31,816 nt of DNA, taken from positions 1 to 31,816 of the forward strand of contig NW_021832186.1 in assembly GCF_006345805.1 (NCBI RefSeq). The letters run 5' to 3'. The translations under genes and the position numbers were made by a program. Positions 9,882 to 24,075 of this stretch are shown here, in pieces; position 1 is the first letter of the stretch, and every line of letters starts with the position of its first letter. The DNA comes from Octopus sinensis (lineage: Eukaryota). The notes below the pieces were generated by a model. The model was not told the origin of the DNA, searched no databases, and saw only the letters and a list, made by a program, of their open reading frames with translations.

Positions 9882-12661
9882 TAGTTTTATTTTAATTTTT
9901 ATAGCGTGCTTTCACTTCACTACCGAGCGCAGCTCTGTGTGCCTTGGGTATGTGCTGTGATTTGTTGTGATGCTCTGATGGTTATTGTATGGAAAGTGTT
10001 CTGCGTAGGATGTGTGCAGTACCTAGTAGTGCAATTTTCTGTATGTTATATGTGTTTGTAAGTCCTGGTGTTTTTGTTATGTATTTGTCTGAATATTTTC
10101 TTATTATGCCTATTATGATAGGAATTGTTTCTGTTTTTAGATTCCACATTCTGGTTACCTCTATTTCCAGGTCCTTGTATTTTGAAAGTTTCTCCATTTC
10201 TTTTAGAGACACGTTGTCATCCGCTGGTATTGATACATCAATTAGAAAACATTTTTTCTTCATGATCTCTGACAACTATATCTGGTCTGTTGGCCTTAAT
10301 TTCTCTATCTGTGTGTATCGGCATATCCCAGAGTATGGTAGCTTTCTCGTTTTCTGTGACCTTTTCTGGTGTGTGCCTATACCATCTTTTTTCTGTTGTT
10401 ATTCCATAATGTTGGCATAGTTTCCAATGTATATAGGTCCCAACTCTGTCGTGTTTGTGAATATATTCCTTCTTAGCCAGGACTGGGCAGCCAGAGATAA
10501 TATGATTTATTGTTTCTTGTCCATCTCCACATATTCTGCAGTTACTTGTTATATTTCTTTTCATTACATGTTTTTGGTAATTTCTGATGGGGAGGCTTTG
10601 GTCTTGTGCTGCAATTAAAAATCCTTCTGTCTCTGCTTTGAGTCCTGAGCTTCTCAACCATTGTTGGGATTTTTTCTTTGTCTATTTCTTTTGCATTTAG
10701 TTTAGTCCAGTATTTGCCATGAAGGGGCTTTTCTTGCCATCGTTTTATCATGGTTCGTTGCTGTTCTATTTTTAGTTTGGATTTCATTTGTTTTATAGCT
10801 TTTGTTGTTTCTTCATCTTCTTCTTCATATGTGTTAGGTGGTATGATTTCTTGTTTGTATTTGTCAGCTTCCTTAAATACTGAGAACAGTTTTTTGTTTT
10901 GCTCGTGTTTTGCCGCTATTTGTATCAGTTTTCCTTCCTTCTGACGTAGATATTTTTGCAGTCCTATGGTGGTTATTTTATAGTAGTTTTCCAGCTGTAT
11001 AAGGCCTCTACCACCATCTATATGTTGTATATATAGCCTTTCTATGTCAGATTTTGGGTGATGCATCCTAGATCCTGTCATTATTTTTCTTGTTTTCCTA
11101 TCTATTTTGGTCAGTTCATTTAGTGTCCAGTTAAGGATATTGTAGCTGTAACTTATAACTGGGACGACTAAAGTGTTGATACCTATTATCTTGTTTTTAG
11201 CATTGAGCTCTGTTTTCAGTATTGATCTAACTCGTCTATAATATTCTTTTTTTATATTTTCTCTTTCATTTGTGTATGGTGTGTCTTATCTAGTTCATGG
11301 ATTCCTAAGTATTTTTAAGTTTAGCTTTGGTCTAATTCTTTTATTTCATTGGTTTTATCTAGTGTGATGTTGCTACTCTTAACTAGTTTTCCTCTTTTCA
11401 GGGCTACTTAGGCGCATTTCTCTAATCCAAATTTCATATCTATTTCTTTGGTAAATCCATGAACTGTCTTTAGTAGTGTTTCCAGCTGTTTGTCAATTGT
11501 AGCGTATAGTTTTAGGTCATCCATATATAAAAGGTGGCTGATCGTTTTGCCGTAACATTTATATCCACATCCAGTTCTGTTTAGCATATCCGATAGAGGT
11601 GACAGTGCAAAGCAGAAAAGGAGTGAAGAGAGCGTATCTCCCTGGAATATTCCTCTTCTAATGGGGATTGCTTTGGTTTTCACAAGTCCCTCTTTTGTTT
11701 GGAACTGTAGCACTGTTTGCCATTTATTCATAGAGTGTCCTATGTAATTTATAATTGTTGGTGCAACTTTGTTCATGGCTAGTGTTTCGAGGATCCATGT
11801 GTGGGGGATGCTATCAAACGCCTTTTTGTAGTCGATCCAGGCCATACTAAGGCCTTTCTTCTTTCTGTGGCTGTCTTCAGTTATGGTTTTATTAATCATT
11901 AGTTGATCTTTACAGCCATATGAGCCCTTGCGGCATCCTTTCTGCTCTTCTGGAAACAGGTTGTTTTCGTCCAGGTGCTTGTTCAATCTTTGCGATATTA
12001 CTGCAGTAAATGCTTTGTACATTGTAGGGAGACAGGTTATAGGTCTGTAGTTTTCTTGTTTTGCTGTCTCATCGGATTTGGGAATTAAGATGGTTTTCCC
12101 CTTCGTGAGCCATTCAGGCATTGTCTCTGGCTCTGTCAGTATGTTGTTAAAATTTTCAGCCAGCTTTTTGTGCATTCCTGTTAGATATTTCAACCAGAAG
12201 TTGGGGATCTTGTCATGCCCAGGTGCCTTCCAGTTGCTTAGTCTTTGCAGTGCCTGGGTGACCTCTTCAGTTGTTATGGGGGTCCAAAGTTGCTCAGATG
12301 CTGAGTTTGTTGTTTTAATACTCCTGTTTTTTTTGTGTTGTTCGTTCGCCGACCATATTTCTCTCCAGAATTCTTCCACTTCTTCTGCCGTTGGTGCTGC
12401 AGTGATTTCTATTTTATTTTTGCCAAGTTCTTGGTAGAACTTTTTGGGGTTGGAGTTGAACTGTTTGTTTTGTTCAAAGAAACGTTGGCGTTTCTCGTAC
12501 CGGCAGATCCTTTGTGCTTTGGTAAGGATGTCTTACTTTAGCTTTTCTTTTATCTCAGGTAAATCTTTTTCTGTGGTGTTGTATTTGCGGTGTATTTTTG
12601 TTTTCTTTTTGTTGCTCAGTAGCGTTGATTGTCTACTGATTTCATTAAGAATCGACAGATC
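9879..12661 (-). mobile_element. 5'-truncated Dong/R4-clade non-LTR retrotransposon
   Basis: RT, CCHC finger and restriction-like endonuclease; (TAA)n at both junctions; 3' UTR 9879-9981. Confidence 0.92.
9982..12661 (-). pseudogene. Disabled RT-CCHC-RLE polyprotein (several stops, at least 3 frameshifts)
   Basis: KAPGHD, NYRPITCL, EQKGCR, IDYKKAFDS, GIFQGDTLS, HLLYMDDLKL, KYLG, GGRGL, CRICGDGQETINHIISGC, RPDIVV..LIDVSIP..EKLSKYKDL. Stops at ~12535, 11408 and ~11330; frameshifts near 11250, 10670 and 10250. Confidence 0.92.
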
Positions 12662-12674
12662 TTATTATTATTAA

Positions 12675-12732
<58 letters not shown>
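12662..12732. repeat. (ATT)n
   Basis: Direct sequence. Confidence 0.97.
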
Positions 12733-12736
<4 letters not shown>

Positions 12737-12829
12737 TCACTGCTTGGAATCGAACTCGGAATCTTGGGGTTAGTAGCCTGCGCTCTTAACCACTACGCCA
12801 TATGCCCGTAGGCATATGGCGTAGTGGTT
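12733..12829 (-). mobile_element. Very short tRNA-derived SINE with (AAT)n tail and 5' foldback
   Basis: Minus strand GGGCATATGGCGTAGTGGTTAAG (A box) ... GAGTTCGATTCC (B box) ... GACCTG(AAT)n; perfect 19-bp hairpin 12788-12829. Confidence 0.7.
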
Positions 12830-13504
12830 GAAAGAATTCCCAGTTTTTCACTGGAACCTATTAGAAGGATGAATGAGATGACAGGAAGTAAACCAGTTAA
12901 TGAGTAAACCATAAGTTAATGAGTACATTAATGAGTCACGTGATAGATATGTTATGGTTCCAGCAGATGGAGTGACATGGAATTTTGTTAACATTAGTAA
13001 AAATGTATTATTTATTGGTTTTAGGTTATTAGTTGGGATTAGGTTGTGACTAATTTTAAAGGTAATACTATGCATATGGTTGTACGGAATAAAGCTAACG
13101 AAGTAATCAGAAAATTAGTACCTCAAGTGGAAAAGGTGAGTGGTTCCAGAGGTGAAGGGAAAGAAAAGGATATCTCCAAGGATTTTTTAATTTTTTTATT
13201 TAATTTTTTTTTTTTTGGATTCTTAAATTTCACAAGATTCCATATAAAAGTAGACTTATTGCAGAATCTGGAAAATGTACCAAAAAACAGCTATTTCTGT
13301 TGCTTCATCAAGTTTAAAATGTTATGAAGTCGTCCGTTATGAGGTACTGTGAAAGAATTTATTTGCGATTCTCGTTTAAGATTATTTTGGAGTATAAAGT
13401 CCAGAAAGGAATTTTGAAACAAACTGCAAAGAATTGAAGTAGTTTGGACCAGAGATGGATGGGATTTTTTTATGCTGTATTCTAGAAGAAAGTATATTTA
13501 GTGT

Positions 13505-13792
13505 TACTGAAGTCATCGTCATCATCATCATCACCTTCATTGTCATCATCATCAACACCATCATCACATCATCACCACCACCACTACCCCCGCCCATCAT
13601 CACCATCACCATCATTTAACAAACCTATTCCATGTTGACATATGCTGGACGACTTGACAGATGGCAGATGGCAAGCCAGAGGACTGGACCCAGCTCTGCT
13701 CTCTGCTTTGGTATGCTTTCTACAGCCAGATGCCCTTCCTAGCACCAACCACTTTACAGAGTGGACTGGGTGCATTTTACATGGCACCAGTG
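13505..13792 (-). mobile_element. (GAT)n-tailed retroposon 3' part (RTE-type tail), diverged, with (CAT/CAC)n
   Basis: Minus strand gtaaagtggttggtgctaggaagggcatctggctgtagaaagc ... gttaaatgatgg; its tail is similar to the plus-strand fragment 17281-17357. Confidence 0.55.
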
Positions 13793-13855
13793 TTTAATAA
13801 AGGCTATAAGTATATTTCCATTAAGAATTGCGAAATGCTTTTTATCTAAGCATAG

Positions 13856-14280
13856 TCGCAGGAGTGGCTGTGTGGTAAGTAGCTTGCTCACCAACCACAC
13901 TTGCCCAAGGTGCCACGCAGTGCACCTTGTACTATAGCTTCGGGTCAACCAAAGCCTTGTCAGTGGATTTGGTAGACGGAAACTGAAAGAAGCCTGTCAT
14001 ATATATATATATGTGTGTGTGTGTGTGCATGTGTGTTTGTGTGTGTGTGCTTGTGTGCGTGTGTATGTTTATGTGTCTGTGTTTGTCACCCTACCATTGC
14101 TTGACAACCAATGTTGGTGTGTTTATGTCCTCGTATCTTAGCAGTTCAGCAAAAGACCCCGATAGAATAAGTACTAGGCTTATAAAGAATAAGTCCTGGA
14201 GTCGATTTGTTCAACTAAAAGGCGGTGCTCCAGCATGGTCGCAGTCAAACAAGTAAAAAAAGCAAAAGAAATTAAAGAAT
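13856..14280 (+). mobile_element. SINE family B, complete
   Basis: Head 13856-13998, internal (TA)(TG)n, tail to 14280. Confidence 0.85.
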
Positions 14281-15011
14281 ATAATGGTTATATGCATTTT
14301 ACTAAAAGTAGACTAAAGGAATTTATCAGCTTGATCATTAATGATAATTATATCACATTAGCAAGGAAGGTTTTTAGACAAATTAAAGGAATTCTGAAGA
14401 GGTAATGGTAGCCTTTTATTAACAGATATATATATCATGTGAATTCAATTTCCTTAATGATCTATACTGCAGGAAAACGATGGGTTTGGTCAAACAACTT
14501 GGTGAACACCGCAGGTGTATCAATGACATTTTTATTCTTAATTACTATAATTTTGGATATTAGCTTGAGAAAATTTATCCACATCTTGAAGTGACTAGAA
14601 ATGGTGACTCAGTAAACAAAGTTAACCACTTCGATGGTTAGTGTAAGTAAAAAGACTGTAACTAGTATTTATAATAAAACTGGTAATTTTGATTATCGCA
14701 TAACGTCTTTACTCTGGATGCTCAACGGAATTCCTCTTAGGATAGGCGATAATGTGTTTTCCAGTCGGGTTATTAGATATGGTAGAATTATAAAATGAGG
14801 TTGGAATGTTTCTGGATAAAGTTAAAAAATTATTGAAACATAGACACAGGTGTGGCTGTATAGTGAGACGCTTGCTCCCCAGCCTCATGGTTTGGGGTTC
14901 AACCCCACTGCGTGACACTTTGCACAAGTGTCTTCTGCTATAGCCCCGGGTTGACCAAAGCCTTGTGAGTGGATTTGCTAAACAAAAACTGTAAGAATCC
15001 CATCGTATATA

Positions 15012-15510
15012 TCAAAATAAGCAACAAGGATATCCAAAGCTAGTGTAGTACAATCGTTTCATGCTACTTCATTTAATTAAACAATGTAAGTATTACATCA
15101 GTTTTAAAATTTAGAGCACTCATCAGCCACATATGGAATTTTTAAAAACTTAAATTGACAATGTTAATTTTTCTACTTAATTCAATTTGCCAACATTACA
15201 AAGAGGGTAGGTTTATAGATAGAGGTGTCTCTGTCTATATACCTACCCTCTTTGTAATGTTCCTACCCTCTTTGTAATGTTGGCAAATGGAATTAAGTAG
15301 AAAAATTAACATTGTCAATTTAATTTTTTTTAAATTCCATATGTGGCTGATGAGTACTCTAAATTTTAAAACTGATGTAATATTTACAGTGTATAATAAA
15401 ATGAAGTAGCATGAAACGATTGCCTATTTTGATTATAATCACCCCATTTGATTGATATGGATAATACCATACAAAATTCTGGTGCCTTTAACTTAAGTAG
15501 CATATTCATC
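15012..15510. mobile_element. Inverted-repeat Penelope-like element with hammerheads at the outer ends of the arms
   Basis: Arms 15051-15212 and 15241-15422; 20-bp tandem duplication at 15242-15281; (TA)n flanks. Confidence 0.7.
15044..15131 (-). ncRNA. Type I hammerhead ribozyme with extended stem II
   Basis: TGTGG CTGATGA GTGCT [~50 nt AU-rich] AGCAT GAAA C gatt G T A CTACA: stem I 5 bp, stem II 5 bp, GUA triplet. Confidence 0.65.
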
Positions 15511-15544
15511 TGAATATATATATATATATTATATATATTATATA

Positions 15545-15577
<33 letters not shown>

Positions 15578-15695
15578 CATACATTTACATATATATATAT
15601 TATATATATAATTATATATATATATATTATATATATATATAATATATATATACATGTATATATATACATATATATATTATATATATTATATATAT

Positions 15696-15728
<33 letters not shown>

Positions 15729-16149
15729 CATACCTACATACACACACATATATATATACATATATGTATATATATATGTATATATATATATGTATGTGAG
15801 TGTGTCTGTGTTTCCAATTGTTGCCCACCACCGATTGACAACCAGTGTTGGTGTGTTTACATCTCTGTAACTTAGCGGTTTGGCAAAAGAGACTGAAAGA
15901 ATAAGAACTAGGCTTTGAAAAAAAACATGTACTGGGATTAATTCTTTTGGTTAAAAATTCTTGAAGGCAGTGCCCCAGCTTGGCCACAGTCTAATGACAA
16001 AAACAAATAAAAACTACAAAAAATATGGAACAACAAACAAAATATTAGTTAAATGCTAAATCTGTTGCTAGGAGAAAAATTGCAGAAACTTGAAAAAAGA
16101 TAGAATCTGGATTGGTTGTCATATATTGTGTATAGTCGCTCCACTGGCA

Positions 16150-16418
<269 letters not shown>

Positions 16419-16469
16419 TGGCAGTCGATATATATATACGTATATCTATACACACACACACACTATAGA

Positions 16470-16645
16470 CAATATTGAAAATAAGGATTATTCCGAACTA
16501 ACAATACCTTTAATTCTATAATTATATACCACCTTTTAAGACCAACACATGTTTCAATTGTACCGGTTGGTCATCGTTGCAATTGCAGCCCTACTATAAA
16601 ACGGTGCAGTCCCTTCAGGGTCTTCCCTTGCTACCACTTTTAAAA
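16470..16645 (-). mobile_element. Possible old Penelope-like terminal remnant (eroded hammerhead)
   Basis: caa CGATGA ccaa...aatt GAAAC AT GT g ttg; U4 missing, stem II broken. Confidence 0.3.
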
Positions 16646-16674
16646 ACTCTGCGTTGTATAATATATATATATAT

Positions 16675-16964
16675 ATCACCGTGATCACCGTCACCGACCA
16701 GGCTATCAGATGTTGTTACACACGCTGGTCACAATGCGCTTCGCATTGTTTTAGCCTTCAATTGACGCCACCCAGCTGGCTAAACGAGCAAGCCAATAGA
16801 AGAAAGAGTGAGAAAGTTGTGGCGAGAGAGTACAGCAGGGATCGCCAGCACTCCCTGCCGGAGCTGCGTGGAGCTTTTAGGTGTTTTCGCTCAATAAACA
16901 CTCACAACGCCCGGTCTGAGAATCGAAACCGCGATCCTACAATCTACTGGGCCATTGCGTCTCC
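16675..16964 (-). mobile_element. tRNA-derived SINE family D, tail type 2 ending in (CACGGTGAT)-like repeats
   Basis: Head and central domain shared with 6191-6500; unrelated 3' tail. Confidence 0.8.
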
Positions 16965-16967
16965 ACT

Positions 16968-18830
<1,863 letters not shown>

Positions 18831-19306
18831 CACGCACTTTACACACCCTAACATACACTCACAAAAACGATATATTTCCAATCTGTAGTTCTCAGCAAGA
18901 GCGGTTCTGCTTGACTTTAATATCTCAAATGACTTTAATGGATAATAAATTTAATGTCAACATATCAAAAATATCACATACTAAAATAGGAACCTACCCA
19001 TACAGACAGAGAACGGAGGGGAATGAGGGTGAGGGATGTATAGTTGATTGTATCAATACCTATCTTCTGATTTGCTTCTTTTTTTTTCTTTATAGAACTG
19101 GAACGAAAGAAAGGCAGAGTGAACGCAAGCAAGACTTGAACCTGCCTCTGACAATTTATATTAAAATCAATTAATTCTTTAACGCCAATATTTCTAATGA
19201 AATATACTCATTATGACTTTCAGGTTATTGTGAAAGTAATCAATAATTTGAGGGCATTTTGTAAAATAACGAACCTTTTTTATGCGATATTGTTGATATG
19301 GTGATA

Positions 19307-19417
19307 GGCACAGGAGTGACTGTGTGGTAAGTAGCTTGCTTACTAACCAGTTCCATTGCGTGGCACTTTGAGCAAGTGTCTTCTACTATAGCCTCAGGCC
19401 GACCAATGCCTTGTGAT
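19307..19417 (+). mobile_element. SINE family B head, internally deleted
   Basis: ggcacaggagtgactgtgtggtaagtagc...gcgtggcactttgagcaagtgtcttc. Confidence 0.8.
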
Positions 19418-20226
19418 AATGTCACAGGTGTGATGAAGCACGAATGGTCACTGAAGGAAAGTGCCATGGGTTACATCAAGTAGAAAACCTTTGAGAAGTG
19501 CAAGTTTTATTGCAATTGCAGCAGAAAGCGCAAGCTATGCTTAGTCAAGAAAAGTGCCATGTTAAAAGATTCTTTCTGCACGGATATCGACCTAAACTGC
19601 AGAAACGATATTTTAAGCCCATGCCCACAGGAGAGAAAGTACATGTTGACTTACTTATAGGCTCCATACATGTTTACAAATGTCAGGACCTCAACCATCA
19701 GTCATCCCACCGTCACATTGTGAGACCCTTTCAATGTATGAATAAACTATACACATATGGACACATATGCGCATATGAATCCATGTGGGGTTATATGTTC
19801 AGGTACCCACCCAATTCCCCTCCGTAAAAAATCCTTAGACACATATCAACCCTGCACACACACACCAATCCCTTCAACATCCCAGCGCATGTTTTAATGC
19901 ACCAGACTCTTACTGCATAATAACTCAGGTGTTTTTTGACGGGTCACCATATTTTTCCACACTTGTCATCCCTGAAGAGCATATGTGTTATGTAACTGTT
20001 CCGTTATCTAATATCCAGTATGAAACTGGGTGGTAAGATCAGCTATAATGGATCTATAATACTGCATGCTTTGGAAAAAAACACTCTATTGACAAATATA
20101 CAAGCTTCTACTTTTTCTGAGCCTGCCATTCAGAAACACATAAAGACTGTTAAATTCATTTAAATGTTAAATAGCGTAAACATTTCTGTCACTTAAAACT
20201 GCGACCAAGTCAGTGACTTTACATTA

Positions 20227-20229
20227 CAT

Positions 20230-20283
<54 letters not shown>

Positions 20284-20333
20284 TTCTCTCTCTCTCTCTC
20301 TCTCTCCCCTCTTTCTCTCTCTCCTTCTCTCTA
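20227..20333. repeat. (CT)n
   Basis: Direct sequence. Confidence 0.97.
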
Positions 20334-20372
20334 TACATATGCGTCTATGTGTGTATGTATGTGTGTATATAT

Positions 20373-20524
20373 AGGCACAGGCATGGCTGTGTGATAAGAA
20401 GCTTGCTACCCAACCACGTGGTTCTGGGTTCAGTTCCACTCTGCGGCACCTTGGTGTCGTCTACTATACACGCGGGCCGACCAAAGCCTTGTGAGTGGAT
20501 TTGGTAGACGAAAACTGAAAGAAG

Positions 20525-20559
<35 letters not shown>

Positions 20560-22325
20560 AGATAAATAAAAATATATGCATACATACAAACATATATGTA
20601 CGTACCTACAATCATACATGTATATATACATGCATATATAAATAATTATACGGAAGTACAGGACATCACAATAAGACGTAGAAGAAACGGAAAAAGCCAA
20701 AAAACAAAAAAAAAAACAAGAAAACGGAAAAAAAAAAAAAAAACAAATACACGACAGGTTACACAAGGACAAAACCCCCGTCATCAGCTGTCGCTAGAGG
20801 AGTCAGGCATGTTTCGAAGGCATAACAGAACACTAATCCAATAGGCCTTCCTGCGAGAGAATTAAAATAAAATTTCAAGCAGCGGGGCACAATGAGTACG
20901 AACACAAACAAGACGTAACAATAAGACTGCAAAAATAAAATACATGTACAAAAACAAACACAAGAGGACGAACGAAAAAGCCTTTTTTCTGGCATAGACA
21001 AACAATAAAACTGCAAAAATAAAATACATGTACAAAAAGTACAATTAGTTACAAAACGAGAAAATAACAAGAATACTATACAGGAAATTAACCACACAAG
21101 GGGACGAACGAAGAAGCCTTTTGCTGGCAAGGACGAAAGTGTAGTAGCAGCGCGTGGAGGCAGTCTTTTCAATAGTGGGAACCACGTGTAAAGGAATTTG
21201 TTTTATAGGCAAGGAAGAGGGAAGGAGGAGGGGGACACGCGGCGAAGAGAGAGGAGGAGGGGGAGGGAGAGAAAGATTGAAGAGGTTAAAGCAAAGGGAG
21301 AGAGTACCGCATCTCAATATAATAATATTAATATAAAAAAAGGGGACAAGAAGTGGATCGAAACGACGAATCGGAACGAACCTGATGCGGGGCGCTGTCA
21401 GACAATAAGGAGAAATAAAAATATATGCATACATACAAACATATATGTACGTACCTACATCTACATGTATATATACATGCATATATAAATAATTATACGG
21501 AAGTACAGGACATCACAATAAGACGTAGAAACGGAAAAAGCCAAAAAACAAAAAAAAAAGAAAACGGAAAACGAAAAACAAATACAGGACAGGTTACACA
21601 AGGACAAAACCCCCGTCATCAGCTGTCGCTAGAGGAGTCAGGCATGTTTCGAAGGCATAACAGAACACTAATCCAATAGGCTTCCTGCGAGAGAATTAAA
21701 ATAAAATTTCAAGCAGCGGGGCACAATGAGTACGAACACAAACAAGGACGTAACAATAAGACTGCAAAATTAAAATACATGTACAAAAACAAACACAAGA
21801 GGACGAACGAAAAAGCCTTTTTTCTGGCATAGACAAACAATAAAACTGCAAAAATAAAAATACATGTACAAAAAGTACAATTAGTTACAAAACGAGAAAA
21901 TAACAAGAATACTATACAGGAAATTAACCACACAAGGGGACGAACGAAGAAGCCTTTTGCTGGCAAGGACGAAAGTGTAGTAGCAGCGCGTGGAGGCAGT
22001 CTTTTCAATATATATATATATATATACAACGGGCTTCTTTCAGTTTGTATATATATTTATATATCTATATGTACATATATGTTTTTGTGTGTGTGTGTAT
22101 GTGTGCGTGTCTTTGTGTTTGTGTTTGTCCCCCCCCACCACCACCATGTTGGTGTGTTTATATCCCCGTTTATATCCACCGATGTTGGTGTGTTTATATC
22201 CCCGTAACTTAGCGGCTTGGCAGAAGAGACCGATGGAATACGTACCAGGGGTCGATTTGTTCGACTAAAAGGCAGTGCTCCAGCATGGCTCCAGTCAAAA
22301 TGACTGAAACAAGTAAAAGAATAGA
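20373..22325 (+). mobile_element. SINE family B (head 20373-20527, tail ~22090-22325) split by a 1.45-kb insertion
   Basis: Head and tail homologous to complete copies. Confidence 0.8.
20558..22010 (-). repeat. Partial tandem duplication (period 851 bp) of an unclassified element
   Basis: 20558-21174 matches 21409-22010; unique 21175-21408 carries TATAAAA (minus, 21207-21201); (TA)n at both ends. Confidence 0.85.
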
Positions 22326-22361
22326 ATGAAATACAATATATATGTATTATTCATAAGCAGC

Positions 22362-22481
22362 TAAGTCTGTGTCCGGTCATAGAGTGACCAACGGTTTTGC
22401 ATCTACAAAGAGTTTAGCCCGGTGAAAGTCTCATCAGAGTCTGAAGCCGAAGACGAATGTCTTCGACCGGACATAGACTTA
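22362..22481. mobile_element. 120-bp MITE-like element with 17-bp terminal inverted repeats
   Basis: TAAGTCTGTGTCCGGTC (22362-22378) / GACCGGACATAGACTTA (22465-22481), 1 mismatch; possible TA duplication. Confidence 0.5.
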
Positions 22482-22490
22482 ACTACGGAG

Positions 22491-22962
22491 TCTTTTATTC
22501 TTTTACTCGTTTCAGCCATTTTGACTGGGGCCATGCTGGAGCACCGCCTTTTAGTCGAAATCGACCCCTGGACTTATTCTTCGTAAGCCTACTACTTATT
22601 CTAACGGTCTCTTTTGCCGAATCGCTAAGTTACGGGAACGTAAACACACCAACATACATACACACTCATATACATACATACATACATACATACATACATA
22701 CATACATACATACATGCATACATACATACATACATACATGCATACATACATACGTACATACACACATATATACATACATACATACATGCATACATACATA
22801 TATATACGACGGGCTTCTTTCAGTTTCCGTCTACCAAATCCACTCACAAGGCTTTGGTTGGCCCGAGGCTATAGTAGAAGACACCTGCCCAAGGTGCCAC
22901 GCAGTGGGACTGAACCCGGAACCATGTGGTTGGTAAACAAGCTACTTACCACACAGCCACAA
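22491..22962 (-). mobile_element. SINE family B, complete, with internal (TATG)n
   Basis: Head 22807-22962 and tail 22491-22655 in reverse orientation. Confidence 0.88.
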
Positions 22963-23024
22963 CACAAATACATTACTGCTCAGTTCTTTTGAGTTAGCTT
23001 CTCCTTCGGATATATGATACATTG

Positions 23025-23188
23025 ACGATGTGTGTGTGTGTGTGTGCTTGTGTGTGTGTGTGCTTGTGTGCGTGTGTGTGTGCGTGTGTGTGTGTGTGTG
23101 TTTGTGTGTGTGTGCGTGTGTGTGTGTGTGCGTGTGTGCGTGTGTGTGTGTGTGTGTGTATGTGTGTGCGTGTGTGCGTGCGTGTATA
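23025..23188. repeat. (TG)n/(TGCG) microsatellite
   Basis: Direct sequence. Confidence 0.95.
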
Positions 23189-23868
23189 CACTTGGTCATA
23201 TTATCTCTTGGTCCGCCTGTCCGTCTGGCCAGTCAGTCTTCGCATTCTGTCCAATTCAACCAAAATTTGGTAAGATCGGTTTACAGTTATCTATTTGGAG
23301 GACATCGGTAAACTGAAGGTGCCTGGCACTTTCTCGTTTCTCTTCAGTTATCATCTCCATCCTTTCTATGACTAATTCTACCCAAAATAGAAATTGCTTC
23401 TTATAAAAGTTCGACTGACTCAAAGTCCCTAAACACAAACAGACAGCTATGTGTGGGTGTGTAACTATGCGTGTGTATGTGTATATATCCATATGTGTGT
23501 GTGTATAAGTAGGTACGTGTGTATGTATACACATTTATATGATGTTTTGGGGGTAAAAGAAAAAAGAAGAAAAGGGAACGATATAACGTTAATTTTCATT
23601 CGTCCATCATTACATAATGTATATGACCCAATAATTGAAATTTTTGCCCGCATCCAAACACACATACACACGCATGTACACTCACACACACACACACGTT
23701 CATATGTGTAATATGCATACATATTTATACATGTGTATGTATATATTTATGTGTGTATGTGTATACATGTATACATTACGCTCTGTACTCGACTATTTTA
23801 TTCTGAAGCATGGTTCGCTATGCCTAAAGCAAATTTTAAGATACAAACATGCATATATACATACACCA

Positions 23869-23908
<40 letters not shown>

Positions 23909-24075
23909 TATATACAAACATACAAAGTATGGGGGTTTAGTTCACAGGTGATCTAAACGATTAGGTACTCCAGGTAAGTGCTGTAACTGATTACTGGGGC
24001 TCCAAGGTTATAGCCGAGACGGTAGTTATGGAGCCATTTCAGATTCCCGATGCAGTGAATATATAATTGATAAAC

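Larger units (their letters stand above)
14843..16020 (+). mobile_element. SINE family B (head 14843-15008, tail ~15800-16020) split by an insertion
   Basis: Head and tail homologous to 13856-14280. Confidence 0.75.

Noticed and set aside
12733-12807. tRNA gene (anticodon ACT)
   Set aside because: Acceptor and T stems do not pair and there is an (AAT)n tail; treated as a tRNA-derived SINE.
19420-19990. APE-endonuclease-like FVNMYGAY on the minus strand
   Set aside because: Single weak motif amid stops; no other endonuclease or RT motifs could be aligned.
20775-20825. Type II hammerhead (gccttc GAAACATGCC ... CTGATGA cggggg), also in the duplicate copy
   Set aside because: U16.1 is C in both copies and stem I cannot form in register.
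22420-22470. Hammerhead core CTGATGA GAC on the minus strand
   Set aside because: The partner reads GAAGAC rather than GAAAC and no stem I forms; explained by local palindromes.
23200-23310. DINE/Helentron core-like sequence (gtccgtct...aaaatttggt)
   Set aside because: No termini found; similarity too short to annotate.
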